DNA of 64,000 bases, taken from an uncultured Planctomycetia bacterium. Lineage in GTDB: Bacteria; Omnitrophota; Gorgyraeia; Duberdicusellales; 4484-171. The stretch's first letter is position 1, and each line of letters opens with the position of its first letter. Below are positions 29,833 through 39,183 of this stretch, piece by piece. Location: assembly GCA_964489445.1 (NCBI GenBank), contig CAZAYU010000003.1, positions 134,715-198,714 of the forward strand, read 5' to 3'. The notes beneath the pieces were generated by a model. It saw only the letters and a program-made list of their open reading frames with translations. It was not told where the DNA came from and made no database searches. Made by a program: the position numbers and the translations under genes.

Positions 29833-29988
29833 GACGAAAAAGGCAATTTGCTGGAGTTTTGTAAAAAGCGAAGGCGAAGCGCAAAGCCACGGGTTCCAAA
29901 AAGTTAAGAGTTCAAAAGTCATAGTTTATATTTTGGACAAAATGTAAATTAGAGTTTGAACTAAATAGGAAATAGCCGGGCTGCCGTC
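29833..29988 (+). ncRNA. c-di-GMP-I (GEMM) riboswitch aptamer
   Basis: P1 GACG/CGTC; AAAAG-GCAA...GCGCAAAGCCACGGG...ATAGCCGGGCTGCCG core; G at the ligand-specificity position before GCAA; long hairpin inserted in P3. Confidence 0.82.
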
Positions 29989-30012
29989 AGAAAAAGGCAG
30001 TCCGGTTTTTTT
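29975..30012 (+). terminator. Riboswitch expression-platform intrinsic terminator
   Basis: GCCGGGCTGCC/GGCAGTCCGGT stem followed by a T-run; the left arm is the aptamer's 3' strand. Confidence 0.85.
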
Positions 30013-30019
30013 ATTAGAT

Positions 30020-30232
30020 ATGAGTAAAACAATGAAAAACCAATTATTTAAAGAAAGAGAATCACAAGCTGTTTTAGAATATACGATTCTTTTTGCAATT
30101 GTAGTCGCTGCTTTAGTTAGCTCATTGTTTTTAGCTAATGGGGGTAATACGCTAAAGAGTAATTTTTTGGATATGACAGAAGCTATGGCCGGAGATTCTT
30201 TAGAAAATTCTACTATTGGAGGATGGGATTAA
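30020..30232 (+). CDS. Flp/TadE-like pilin
   Basis: RESQAVLEY followed by a hydrophobic helix (class III signal); start may be 30032. Confidence 0.8.
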   Translation: MSKTMKNQLFKERESQAVLEYTILFAIVVAALVSSLFLANGGNTLKSNFLDMTEAMAGDSLENSTIGGWD

Positions 30233-30233
30233 A

Positions 30234-30389
30234 ATGATTAAAAAAAGCAAGGCCCAGAGCATTGTGGAATATGCATTGTTATTTAGTGTGATTTCTGCTG
30301 CTTTAATTGCAATGACTACTTATATTCAACGTTCAGTAAATGCCAAGTTAAAGGTGATCCAGGAGGAATTATACGAATCAAGTCGGTAA
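30234..30389 (+). CDS. Small pilin-like protein, 51 aa (not in ORF track)
   Basis: MIKKSKAQSIVEYALLFSVISAALIAMTTYIQRSVNAKLKVIQEELYESSR*; SD GGAGG upstream. Confidence 0.85.
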   Translation: MIKKSKAQSIVEYALLFSVISAALIAMTTYIQRSVNAKLKVIQEELYESSR

Positions 30390-30405
30390 AAAAAAGGAGG
30401 AGAAG

Positions 30406-30588
30406 ATGAAAAGAAGGGTAAAGGCGCAAAGCATTTTAGAGTATACAATTATTTTGGCGGCAATTGTGGGTGCGGTTGTTCTTGGTGCTAAACTAATTGG
30501 TGGTAGAGTACAGCAGGGTTTTACAGATGCTGGTGATGTTCTTACTGATGCGACAAGTGATTTTAAAACTCATTTTACTAGTCTGTAA
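30406..30588 (+). CDS. Flp-type pilin (likely major pilin)
   Basis: KAQSILEYTIILAAIVGAVV; 60 aa; very strong SD AAGGAGGAG. Confidence 0.88.
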   Translation: MKRRVKAQSILEYTIILAAIVGAVVLGAKLIGGRVQQGFTDAGDVLTDATSDFKTHFTSL

Positions 30589-30652
30589 AAAATAATAAGT
30601 GAGGTGAGTTGTCAAAGGGCTATAGAATAAAAAAGTATAAAAGGAGGTAAAG

Positions 30653-31021
30653 ATGTTAATTGAATCAAAAAAAAGATGGGTAAGACGCGCACAATCAACG
30701 GTAGAATATGGAATTCTCATTGGGGTTATTGTAGGTGCTGCAGTAGCGATGCAGACTTACGTTAAACGTTCACTACAAGCAAGACAAAAAGACAGCTCCG
30801 ATTTACTTACCAGCATGACTGGAACGGTTGATGTAGGCTCTGTAAGCGGAACTTTAGCAACAACCAATCAGTATGAGCCATATTATCTTAGTCGTAATCA
30901 AACAGATACACTATCTGTGGATACAGTTAATAAAGCTGTTACTGCCGGTGGCGCTGCAACTGCTACCAAGGCGAATACTTCTAAAAGTGATTCTACGATG
31001 GGGTATACGGTGTCTAGATAA
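30653..31021 (+). CDS. Pilin-like protein
   Basis: RAQSTVEY, hydrophobic helix, MQTYVKRSLQAR, QYEPY. Confidence 0.85.
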   Translation: MLIESKKRWVRRAQSTVEYGILIGVIVGAAVAMQTYVKRSLQARQKDSSDLLTSMTGTVDVGSVSGTLATTNQYEPYYLSRNQTDTLSVDTVNKAVTAGGAATATKANTSKSDSTMGYTVSR

Positions 31022-31087
31022 AAAAATTATAATGGGATGTGAGAATGTTAAGCGTAAGTTTATTTGGAAAACAAAGAAGGAGGGGGC

Positions 31088-31408
31088 ATGTTAACAAAAT
31101 TAAGAAAGGGTCAATCTAGCTTAGAATATGCTGCTTTAATTGGTGTAGTCGTGGGAGCGGTTGTTCTGATGAGTACGTATATGCGGCGCTCAGTTGAAGG
31201 TAGTCTTAGGGAGAATTCGGATAGTATTGGCGATCAGTATAGTTATGAAAATGGAAGTTATAGTTATTCAAAGACTTTAGAAGCACCTGAAGTATCTCTA
31301 ACTACTGTAACAACCGATGGAACTGATACTGGTGGTGGAAACACTAGCCAATCTAGAACAGGACAAAATCGGGCAGTACTCGAAACAGTTACTGCCGCTG
31401 CAGAGTGA
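31088..31408 (+). CDS. Pilin-like protein
   Basis: ATG 31088 after AGGAGG; KGQSSLEY, MSTYMRRSVEG, GDQY. Confidence 0.85.
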   Translation: MLTKLRKGQSSLEYAALIGVVVGAVVLMSTYMRRSVEGSLRENSDSIGDQYSYENGSYSYSKTLEAPEVSLTTVTTDGTDTGGGNTSQSRTGQNRAVLETVTAAAE

Positions 31409-31516
31409 AACAATTAATGCTAACTTGATGATATTTTTTTTGGCTATTCTCAAGATGGACATAGAGAATAAAAAATATGGTGAGAAGCAATTTTTAACTA
31501 CAAGAAGGTATCAAGC

Positions 31517-31840
31517 ATGATCGGAAAATTAAAAAAAGGAAGATTCTTTTTAGAATATGCGGCATTAACCGCAATAATTGTTATTGCGGTTCTTGGGATG
31601 CAAACTTATTTAAGAAGAGCTTTTTCCGGTCGATTTCGGGAACTTTCTGATCAAGTCGGCGATCAATATGATCCGCAAGCCGTTAACGGGACTAAGACAG
31701 TTGTTATTTCTAGTGCTGTTGATGAATATATGGTTTATGCAGACATAGATAGTGATGGTGAAAATGAATATGCCGGAAGTCGAGTTCATTCTATAAATGA
31801 GCAAACATTTAATTCAACTGAAACAATTACTAAACCGTAA
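31517..31840 (+). CDS. Pilin-like protein with atypical cleavage site
   Basis: KKGRFFLEY, MQTYLRRAFSGR, GDQYDP. Confidence 0.82.
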   Translation: MIGKLKKGRFFLEYAALTAIIVIAVLGMQTYLRRAFSGRFRELSDQVGDQYDPQAVNGTKTVVISSAVDEYMVYADIDSDGENEYAGSRVHSINEQTFNSTETITKP

Positions 31841-31910
31841 ATGTAGTGGTTTTAGGTTTAAGCGTTATTGGGTTGATTGTATCTATGTGAGGTAAAAACA
31901 AGAGGAAGAT

Positions 31911-32348
31911 TTGAAGAATAAAGGCCAAAGCTTAACTGAATATGTATTGATTTTATCTGTAGTTCTATCCGCTGTTATTGGAATGGAGGTATATGCTAAA
32001 CGGGCTATTCAGGCTAAAGTCAAAGATTTAACCGATTTATGTATTGCTTCCAAAGATAGCCACTTAGATAATACGACCGAGATCATTCCTCTTTTAGATG
32101 CAGCATCTGGAAAAATAACTGCCTCAGAATCTCATATTAAGAAAACTATTACAGAAACCCCCACAGATATGACTTTTACTAAAGGAACCGCTGACGGTGA
32201 GAGTTTTTATTTATATTCTGAAAGCGAATATCAAAGCAAAGACCCGGATGAAGAAGTATCTACTGCAGGTACGGGTTCTGAAGGTGCTCTTGCTGTATCT
32301 GGAATAAAAATTGGGCAAATTTCCAGTCGTTTTCCAACTGGTGAATAA
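31911..32348 (+). CDS. Pilin-like protein
   Basis: KGQSLTEY, MEVYAKRAIQAK. Confidence 0.82.
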   Translation: MKNKGQSLTEYVLILSVVLSAVIGMEVYAKRAIQAKVKDLTDLCIASKDSHLDNTTEIIPLLDAASGKITASESHIKKTITETPTDMTFTKGTADGESFYLYSESEYQSKDPDEEVSTAGTGSEGALAVSGIKIGQISSRFPTGE

Positions 32349-32349
32349 A

Positions 32350-33375
32350 ATGAAGTTTTTTCCTTGTAATCAAAAAAAATCACAAGCTATTCTAGAAATA
32401 GGGATATTAGGTTCGATAATTCTTTTGGTAACCTTTCAATTAGTTTCTTATGTTCAGCGTTCAAATGACCAGCAATATTTAACAATGAAAACATTTCGCG
32501 ATAGTTTGGATAAAGCTCACTTTGGCAGCTGTGTGGTTATTCAAGATGTTAGTGCTGATCCTATAGTCCAAAGCTGGCCTTGCAGCGATCCGGCTCCTTC
32601 TGGCTACAAAGGTCCTTATTCAAAAGGGGGAAGTGTTACGCTTAATGAGATAGAGCATCGGCGTCAAGCTAGCGGTGATTTTTCGCGTAAAGGACAAAGA
32701 ACGGTTTTTTCTTCAGGGAGTAATATTTATTGGGGCGTTCCGTTTATTGATTATGAAATCGGAGAAGAAGAAATAGATGTAACCGTAAATAATTTAGGGC
32801 ATTACGAAATTTATAATATAAATGATCACCAATATAGTTTTGTCGAATACTATGACCAGGATTCGGATGGCTATAATGATTGGGTAGATGATGACATCGA
32901 TGGTGATGGAATACTTAATGTCGATGATGACGATGCAAACGGTGATGGGATTGACGATGATTTTGCCAGAGATAATTCTGGAATGAATGATGATTTAGAC
33001 TCAGATGGAATACCTAATTGGAAAGATGATGATGCAAATGGGAATGGGATTGACGATAAAGATGAAAGCCCTAGGATTGAAATGATTATGAATTATCAGG
33101 ATCGTTGGAAGCAGACCAGTCAAAAATCAGAAACGTCGTCTTCCACGATTAATAACTATATTCTTGCTTCTAAAGATGGGAGTTCTTATTCCGAAGGTGT
33201 AAGTATAAATTTTTATGATCGCAGCAATCCGGTTAATAAGATTTTAGGTGACGGTAATGATCTTCCTTTAGCGGAAAGCAATAATCAGTATCTGACATTT
33301 GAAGATGGAAAGTATAAGTATAGCATTGATGTAAAAGGAGTAAATCGTGCTAGTAAGTGGTCCACAAATAAGTAA
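32350..33375 (+). CDS. Minor pilin with Asp-rich DxDxDG (TSP3-like) repeats
   Basis: Probable start 32350; KKSQAILEI followed by TM; DQDSDG, DIDGDG, DANGDG, DLDSDG, DANGNG repeats. Confidence 0.78.
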   Translation: MKFFPCNQKKSQAILEIGILGSIILLVTFQLVSYVQRSNDQQYLTMKTFRDSLDKAHFGSCVVIQDVSADPIVQSWPCSDPAPSGYKGPYSKGGSVTLNEIEHRRQASGDFSRKGQRTVFSSGSNIYWGVPFIDYEIGEEEIDVTVNNLGHYEIYNINDHQYSFVEYYDQDSDGYNDWVDDDIDGDGILNVDDDDANGDGIDDDFARDNSGMNDDLDSDGIPNWKDDDANGNGIDDKDESPRIEMIMNYQDRWKQTSQKSETSSSTINNYILASKDGSSYSEGVSINFYDRSNPVNKILGDGNDLPLAESNNQYLTFEDGKYKYSIDVKGVNRASKWSTNK

Positions 33376-33483
33376 GTTTGCGGTTGCTAGTTTGGAGTTG
33401 AGAGATGAAAGATAGAGGAAAAGTCTATAGAATATAATTTTGAGTTACTGCAATCTATGAACTTTAATGAAGGATACATAAAG

Positions 33484-34470
33484 ATGGACAAACATAAGAG
33501 AGCTAACTCTCAAGTGGTAATTGAATTAGTAGTTGGGTTTATTGTGATAGTTTTGTTTTTTTTGGGAGCAAGTCGAATCTGGGTTTGGTCTAATGCTCAG
33601 GTTGTGGGAAGAAGTCCCGCTTATAAGGAAAGTCGGATTTCTGCTGGTAATACACATCCGGGATTTTGGGGAAATACAGGTGAAGAAGGAGTGTATACTC
33701 CCAAGGAATTAACTGACGGATGGGTTTTTGGTGAGGATGCTTCTTCCGGTAGCTCAGCTGTAGTCAATATACCTAACTCTGGTAATCCCACTAAGTTAAA
33801 CTTTGTTGCTGCTAAAGCTTTACAAAATGAAATTAATGATGATAAAAATAAATGGAAGGACTGGGTCGATGTTGATCCTACTGATCCAGCAGCTATTCAA
33901 AATGCAATTAATGAAGTAACTGAGGCAATAACTGAAATGGAAGCAGATATTACTATTATTGAAGATTGGAGAGATAAATGGCAAAACTGGTATGATTTAG
34001 CAGTAGCGGGAATCTCTCAAGCTAATAATGATATAATTTATTGGCAAGGGCGGGTAAGTTATCATTGCCCTTGCACTCCTTCTGAATGGGATGATTGCAG
34101 TAATTGTGAAGAGGCTACTGCTCGATTGGCAGTTGCCAAAGATGGTGGACGTCACGTTTGGGATCCTGATGAAGGAGAGTGGGGAGAATATGTTTATGAT
34201 CCTTCTCAAGCTTGGATGAGTACTTGGGCAACAAGATCTGAGTTTGCGGATGATTACTATTTATGCCAGATTGCTGGAAGCTATTATGCTTCAAAAAATA
34301 GGTATGTTCAGGAAGCCTGGATTCCTGGACTATCAGATTGGCAGGAAAGAGAAATAATAGCTCAAGTTAAGAGAGATGAATGGCAAGATAGTTTAGATGA
34401 AGCAAATGATGGATTAGATGAACTAAAAAAAATAAAAGCTGATTTAGAAGCAATGCTTGCAGCATTGTAG
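33484..34470 (+). CDS. TadE-like minor pilin with coiled-coil and Cys/Trp-rich domain
   Basis: RANSQVVIEL followed by TM; CPC...CSNC; acidic helical C-terminus; start 33457 or 33484. Confidence 0.72.
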   Translation: MDKHKRANSQVVIELVVGFIVIVLFFLGASRIWVWSNAQVVGRSPAYKESRISAGNTHPGFWGNTGEEGVYTPKELTDGWVFGEDASSGSSAVVNIPNSGNPTKLNFVAAKALQNEINDDKNKWKDWVDVDPTDPAAIQNAINEVTEAITEMEADITIIEDWRDKWQNWYDLAVAGISQANNDIIYWQGRVSYHCPCTPSEWDDCSNCEEATARLAVAKDGGRHVWDPDEGEWGEYVYDPSQAWMSTWATRSEFADDYYLCQIAGSYYASKNRYVQEAWIPGLSDWQEREIIAQVKRDEWQDSLDEANDGLDELKKIKADLEAMLAAL

Positions 34471-34593
34471 CGGGTAAAGCTAGAATTTGTATTTTAAAAT
34501 ATTTAATTATTTTAGTTTATTCTAATAGCCTGAACTTTGTGTTGTTGATTATAGAATTGTAAATAAGGTGAGTTTAAGTTATAATAATACAAA

Positions 34594-36126
34594 ATGTTTA
34601 TATTTTTTGCCCAAAATAAGAATGCCTATGGCCGTATATTCAAGAAAGCCCAATTAGCCCCCCTGTTTATTGCTTTGATTACTATTATTATAATTGCGGC
34701 AATGATTACAGTTAATTTAAATAAAATTGCAATTACTAAAACGCATACTGCTAATGCAGTTGATGCTGGAGCTATTGCTGCAGCATCGCAAATGGCGTTT
34801 GCATTCAATCTTTTAGCTACTCAGGCTATGGGCATGTATGCGACTTATCAGGCTTCTACGACAGCCAGCAATCTTCTTTTAGATTATGCGGATGAAGATT
34901 TAGATTTAACAGTTTCGTTGGTAGCATCCGGAAACGCGTTGATAACAATTGCTGGAGCGTTGGCTTGTGTTCCCTGGGCTGGAAAATATATTGGTCCGGC
35001 GCTTTTGAAGGCAGGTATTATTTTGCTGTCTATTGGGCAATATTTCTTTGCCATGGTAGGTGCTGATATGACTGCGGCTGAAGATACGATTGAAGGTCTC
35101 TACGAAGGGCAGCTTGCAACTTATCTCGGCAGTGACTTAGAATATCCTTCCGACGATACAGAAGATGGAAGTAACGAGACTGACGATGACAAAGATGACG
35201 CGGATAATATTGAAGATGATGAAAGTGATGATATTGGAATGCGGGAGTCAATGGATGAAAATATTAAATCTGCTCGAGATATGGCCTACGACTACAATTT
35301 TTTAAACAGTGGGATAACCGAAAAATTAAATCCGGATTTAGATAAGGATGGTGAGCTAGCCGAAGACGCAGCCGGAAATAAGATTAACCCCAGTCAGGGA
35401 GTTGAATTTTCTTATCACGTATCAGATAAAGATACTCCGCAGGAATTTAAATGGAAAGACGGACAAAAGCGCGATCATTTAGTCAATGTAGATGTAAAAT
35501 TAGATGATGTTGTGCGCTATCAATTTATTAGAACCAAGGCGAATAAAGATGAAATTGATGGATATTTCAAGGATTTTTGGATTACTTACACAGCAATTTC
35601 AGTGGCTTTTGCTGTTGCAGATGCATATCTTTTAAGTTTATTTGCTACTGCTAGCAGCACACCAGATTGTGGTTGGTGGTTTTATATTTATCCTGTTGGG
35701 TGTACAGGTCCATTAGCTTGTGTAGGGTGGACTGCTGCAGTGATAATGGCAATTGCTGAATTCATAGCAATCTTTGGAGGTTATGCTTTGCTTAGTTCAC
35801 TTGTGGATGATATAAGAGAAGGTATTTCTGAGGGTGGAACATTTTGGGATGATGACGGGGATATTGGAAATAATTTTATTGTGACCTTGAATGATGTTGA
35901 CCATTCTCGGGAAATAGAGACTACTACTTTTCAAGAACACGCGGGACAGGATATGGGGTTATGGGAGGCAAAATATCCAAAAGTAAAATCCCAGAGCTGT
36001 GCTAGTTTTGCTTGTAATCCTGATGACCCGGATTGTTCGGGTACTTGCTCTACTTGCAGTTGTCTTAACGGAAAAAATCCTTGTGTAAATCATGATCCGG
36101 TGCTTGTGGGGGTAGATGAGTTTTAA
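34594..36126 (+). CDS. TadG-like pilus-associated protein
   Basis: KKAQLAPLFI followed by TM; NAVDAGAIAAA (TadG-family N-terminal motif); Cys-rich C-terminus. Confidence 0.75.
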   Translation: MFIFFAQNKNAYGRIFKKAQLAPLFIALITIIIIAAMITVNLNKIAITKTHTANAVDAGAIAAASQMAFAFNLLATQAMGMYATYQASTTASNLLLDYADEDLDLTVSLVASGNALITIAGALACVPWAGKYIGPALLKAGIILLSIGQYFFAMVGADMTAAEDTIEGLYEGQLATYLGSDLEYPSDDTEDGSNETDDDKDDADNIEDDESDDIGMRESMDENIKSARDMAYDYNFLNSGITEKLNPDLDKDGELAEDAAGNKINPSQGVEFSYHVSDKDTPQEFKWKDGQKRDHLVNVDVKLDDVVRYQFIRTKANKDEIDGYFKDFWITYTAISVAFAVADAYLLSLFATASSTPDCGWWFYIYPVGCTGPLACVGWTAAVIMAIAEFIAIFGGYALLSSLVDDIREGISEGGTFWDDDGDIGNNFIVTLNDVDHSREIETTTFQEHAGQDMGLWEAKYPKVKSQSCASFACNPDDPDCSGTCSTCSCLNGKNPCVNHDPVLVGVDEF

Positions 36127-36247
36127 TAAGGTTAAAGGTTAAAGGAAAAAGTGAGAAAGGGGAAAATTAAGACTTAATGTTTAGTGGAGATTAAAAATGC
36201 TACTAACATTTAATTTTGACTTAAATGAGAAGTAGAGAGGAGGGCAA

Positions 36248-37150
36248 ATGGGTTCTAATCCCGGTAAAGTTTTTAGTGTAACTGCGGTTTTTATTCTTTT
36301 TATTTTTTCTGTTTTTGCTCAGAGTGTAAAAACGGATATCGATTTAGGCAAAATACCTTTACCTCCAGGTTCCCGTGCTTTAGAAATTCCTTTACCGAAG
36401 GTAGGCAATTCTAGCGCAGACACTGTTTATTATAAAACTGTTTTAGACACGAGAAAGTTGATAAGCTTTTATACTAAAGAATTATCCAGAAGAGGATGGG
36501 AGAACAAAGAGAATGCTTTAGAAGCAATTAAAAAAATTAATGTTCCTTTTGATAAACAATATAAAGGGGTTGATGTTGAAGGTTTGCTAAAAAATATGAT
36601 TTATTTTTATAAGAATGAGCAGACATTGATGTTGATGATAATTCCTCCCCGCGGTAGACATACAGAGACAATTTTTACTCTTTCTTACATTGGTGGTGCT
36701 TTTTTTAATCAGGGATCTAGCCAATCTCAAAGTAGTGAACTACCTTCTTCAATTCCTATTTATCCACAGGCTGAATTTATGTCTCGAGTTTTGAAGACTC
36801 GCATTTATACTATAGGAAATAAAGGAATCAATGAGGTAATTAATTTCTATAAACAAAAAATGCCGGTTTCTGGATGGATATTACAAAACGAAACGCCAAT
36901 AACCGAAGAAATAATAGATACTTCTTCTGCTTTTGATAATGAATCTAATTGTAAAACTTGCCCTAAGCCAAAAACCATTTCTCTTCAAGTTATTAATGAG
37001 CTTAAGAAAGGGATTTCTATTTTAAAATCGGAACTTTATTTTACTAATGGAATGGGGGAAAAATGTAAATTACAGTTTAGTAAAATGCAAAGCATAGCCT
37101 TGCCTTCTCCTACTCAACTTACTATAATATATGATAAGGGAAGAAAATGA
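36248..37150 (+). CDS. Secreted hypothetical protein with two repeated domains
   Basis: Signal peptide ending VFA; repeated IP.(Y/P)P...(L/V)I.FY...(L/M)...GW motif. Confidence 0.75.
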   Translation: MGSNPGKVFSVTAVFILFIFSVFAQSVKTDIDLGKIPLPPGSRALEIPLPKVGNSSADTVYYKTVLDTRKLISFYTKELSRRGWENKENALEAIKKINVPFDKQYKGVDVEGLLKNMIYFYKNEQTLMLMIIPPRGRHTETIFTLSYIGGAFFNQGSSQSQSSELPSSIPIYPQAEFMSRVLKTRIYTIGNKGINEVINFYKQKMPVSGWILQNETPITEEIIDTSSAFDNESNCKTCPKPKTISLQVINELKKGISILKSELYFTNGMGEKCKLQFSKMQSIALPSPTQLTIIYDKGRK

Positions 37151-37335
37151 GTCTAAAGATATTTTGTAAAGCGCAATCGACTATTGCTTATGTAGCTATG
37201 GCTACATTTTTAATTAGTGCTATGATTGCGGTTTCTTTTTATTTTCGCCGGTCTTTGCAGGGAAAATATCGTGAGTCAGTAGATGTATTCGGAGAAGGTG
37301 TTCAGTATGAACCGGGAATGACTTCTGTTGAGTAG
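37147..37335 (+). CDS. Pilin-like protein
   Basis: KAQSTIAY, YFRRSLQGKYRESVD, GVQYEP. Confidence 0.8.
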   Translation: MSLKIFCKAQSTIAYVAMATFLISAMIAVSFYFRRSLQGKYRESVDVFGEGVQYEPGMTSVE

Positions 37336-37365
37336 TTAGTTTAAACTTATAAACAAACAGTAATA

Positions 37366-38208
37366 ATGCTTTTATTAATAATAATTCTTTTGTTGGCTGG
37401 GGTAGTTTTCTTAAGTTATTGCTTTATTCCTTCCCTTTTGGCAAAATCTGAGAATCTAAGAGATAAAAGGACCAAAGAGACTATCGATAAATTGGAAGGT
37501 GCTTTTATTTTTATTAGCAGCAGGAAGTTAAATATTGTCTATGTAGTTCTTCCTTTTATATTTGGGTTTCTCGGGTTTTTCCTTTTTAAATTTCCAGGTT
37601 TAATCATTGGCGTAGTAGTAAGCGGAATTATGCCATTGGTGATAACAAAAATGATTGTTGCTAAACGGAAAAAAAAGTTTGATTCGCAAATTGTCGATAA
37701 TTTGATGATTATTTCTAGTTGTCTTAAGGGAGGTTTAAGCTTGCTACAATCGCTAGAGACTGTTGCTGAAGAAAGCCCTATACCTTCTTCAGAAGAGTTT
37801 AGTTTGATAGTTAATGAAGTCAAAGTGGGCGTTTCTTTAGAGGACGCGATGATTAGTCTTAATAAAAGGATGCGGTCGGATGATTTGGATTTGGTTATTT
37901 CTTCAATGCTGGTGTCTAGGGAAACCGGGGGAGATTTAACAAAAGTCTTTTCCCGTTTGATTTCTACTATTCGCGATCGGCGGGAAATAAAAGATATGGC
38001 TAATACCTTAACCCTTCAAGGAAGAGCTCAGGGAATAATTATGTCTGCAATCCCTCCCTTGTTTGTGGTGATAATCATGAAATCTAACCCTCATCATTTT
38101 GATGTTTTGCTTCGAGATGAGACTGGAAAAATACTTTTGTTTGCTGCAGTAATTATGCAAATATTGGCCTTATTTTTCATTAAAAAGTTTAGTTCGGTTA
38201 AAGTATGA
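37366..38208 (+). CDS. tadB: Tad inner-membrane platform protein TadB
   Basis: SSCLKGGLSLLQSL, RETGGDLTKVF, LTLQGRAQG (T2SSF domain). Confidence 0.9.
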   Translation: MLLLIIILLLAGVVFLSYCFIPSLLAKSENLRDKRTKETIDKLEGAFIFISSRKLNIVYVVLPFIFGFLGFFLFKFPGLIIGVVVSGIMPLVITKMIVAKRKKKFDSQIVDNLMIISSCLKGGLSLLQSLETVAEESPIPSSEEFSLIVNEVKVGVSLEDAMISLNKRMRSDDLDLVISSMLVSRETGGDLTKVFSRLISTIRDRREIKDMANTLTLQGRAQGIIMSAIPPLFVVIIMKSNPHHFDVLLRDETGKILLFAAVIMQILALFFIKKFSSVKV

Positions 38209-39065
38209 TAATTATTTTAATTTATTCTTGTATATTTCTAGCGTTGTTTTTTGTTATTCGTTCTTTTTTCATTGAAGACTTATCACAAGTTTCAATAATT
38301 ACTGCCAAGAGAACGTTTCACGGAAAATTTTTAAAATTGTTAGCGCCGCTGACAGCGGTCAACACTATAATCCTAAAACCTTTTCCTCGTATAAAAAAAA
38401 CGTTGGATGCTAAGCTTACTTTTGTAAGATGGGATTTAACTGCCCCGGAATTTTTGTTTATAAAAGAGGTATTAATTGTTTTAGGGATAATAGTAGTTTT
38501 CCTTTATTTTCCTAAAAATTATATATTTATAGTCCTGATGGTCGTTTCTGGCTTTCTTATTCCGGATATAATATTAAAGTCTAAGGTAACTGGCAGAAAG
38601 AATGATATTGTTAGAGTTTTACCGGAAACAGTTGATTTATTATGCCTTTGTGTGAGCGCAGGGTTAGATTTTATTTCAGCGACAAGATGGATTATCGCTA
38701 AAGCCCATTCTAATCCTATGGTTGAAGAATTAAAGTTAACGTTAGAAGAAATTAAAGTTGGCCGGCCAAAAATAGAGGCTTTGCGCCAGATGGCTAAGCG
38801 TTTAGACATACCGCAGGTAAGTACTTTTATCCGTAGTCTTATTCAGGCGGAAAAAATGGGGACATCCATTGAGGAAACTTTTACGATAATTTCTGATGAT
38901 GTACGGAGTCAACGTTCTTATCAAGGTAAAAGAGAAGCAATGAAAGCCTCTCTAAAAATGCTCATTCCTCTTATTTTATTTATCCTTCCGATAATTTTAA
39001 TTATTGTTGCCGGACCAGTACTGTTGGAGTTTTTACGCGGCGGGGTTGGCAAAATCAGCCACTAA
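38205..39065 (+). CDS. tadC: Tad inner-membrane platform protein TadC
   Basis: LPETVDLLCLCVSAGLDF, LIQAEKMGTSI, KMLIPLILFILP. Confidence 0.9.
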   Translation: MIIILIYSCIFLALFFVIRSFFIEDLSQVSIITAKRTFHGKFLKLLAPLTAVNTIILKPFPRIKKTLDAKLTFVRWDLTAPEFLFIKEVLIVLGIIVVFLYFPKNYIFIVLMVVSGFLIPDIILKSKVTGRKNDIVRVLPETVDLLCLCVSAGLDFISATRWIIAKAHSNPMVEELKLTLEEIKVGRPKIEALRQMAKRLDIPQVSTFIRSLIQAEKMGTSIEETFTIISDDVRSQRSYQGKREAMKASLKMLIPLILFILPIILIIVAGPVLLEFLRGGVGKISH

Positions 39066-39183
39066 TGGGGACACGACACTTAACTATTGTTTATTTTTTT
39101 TGGCCCAGGTTTGTCACGGCGCACTAATGGGGACACGACACTTAACTATTGTTTATTTTTTTTGGCCCAGGTTTGTCACGGCG
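39060..39183. repeat. Exact 62-bp tandem duplication (39060-39121 and 39122-39183)
   Basis: Both copies read CACTAATGGGGACACGACACTTAACTATTGTTTA-T8-GGCCCAGGTTTGTCACGGCG. Confidence 0.95.

Noticed and set aside
30873-31520. ORFs 30873-31094 and 31317-31520
   Set aside because: Off-frame overlaps with pilin genes; no class III signal.
39060-39183. Possible mini-CRISPR array
   Set aside because: Two abutting identical copies with no spacer and no cas genes; the 75-bp repeats at 63467 are likewise spacerless and coding.
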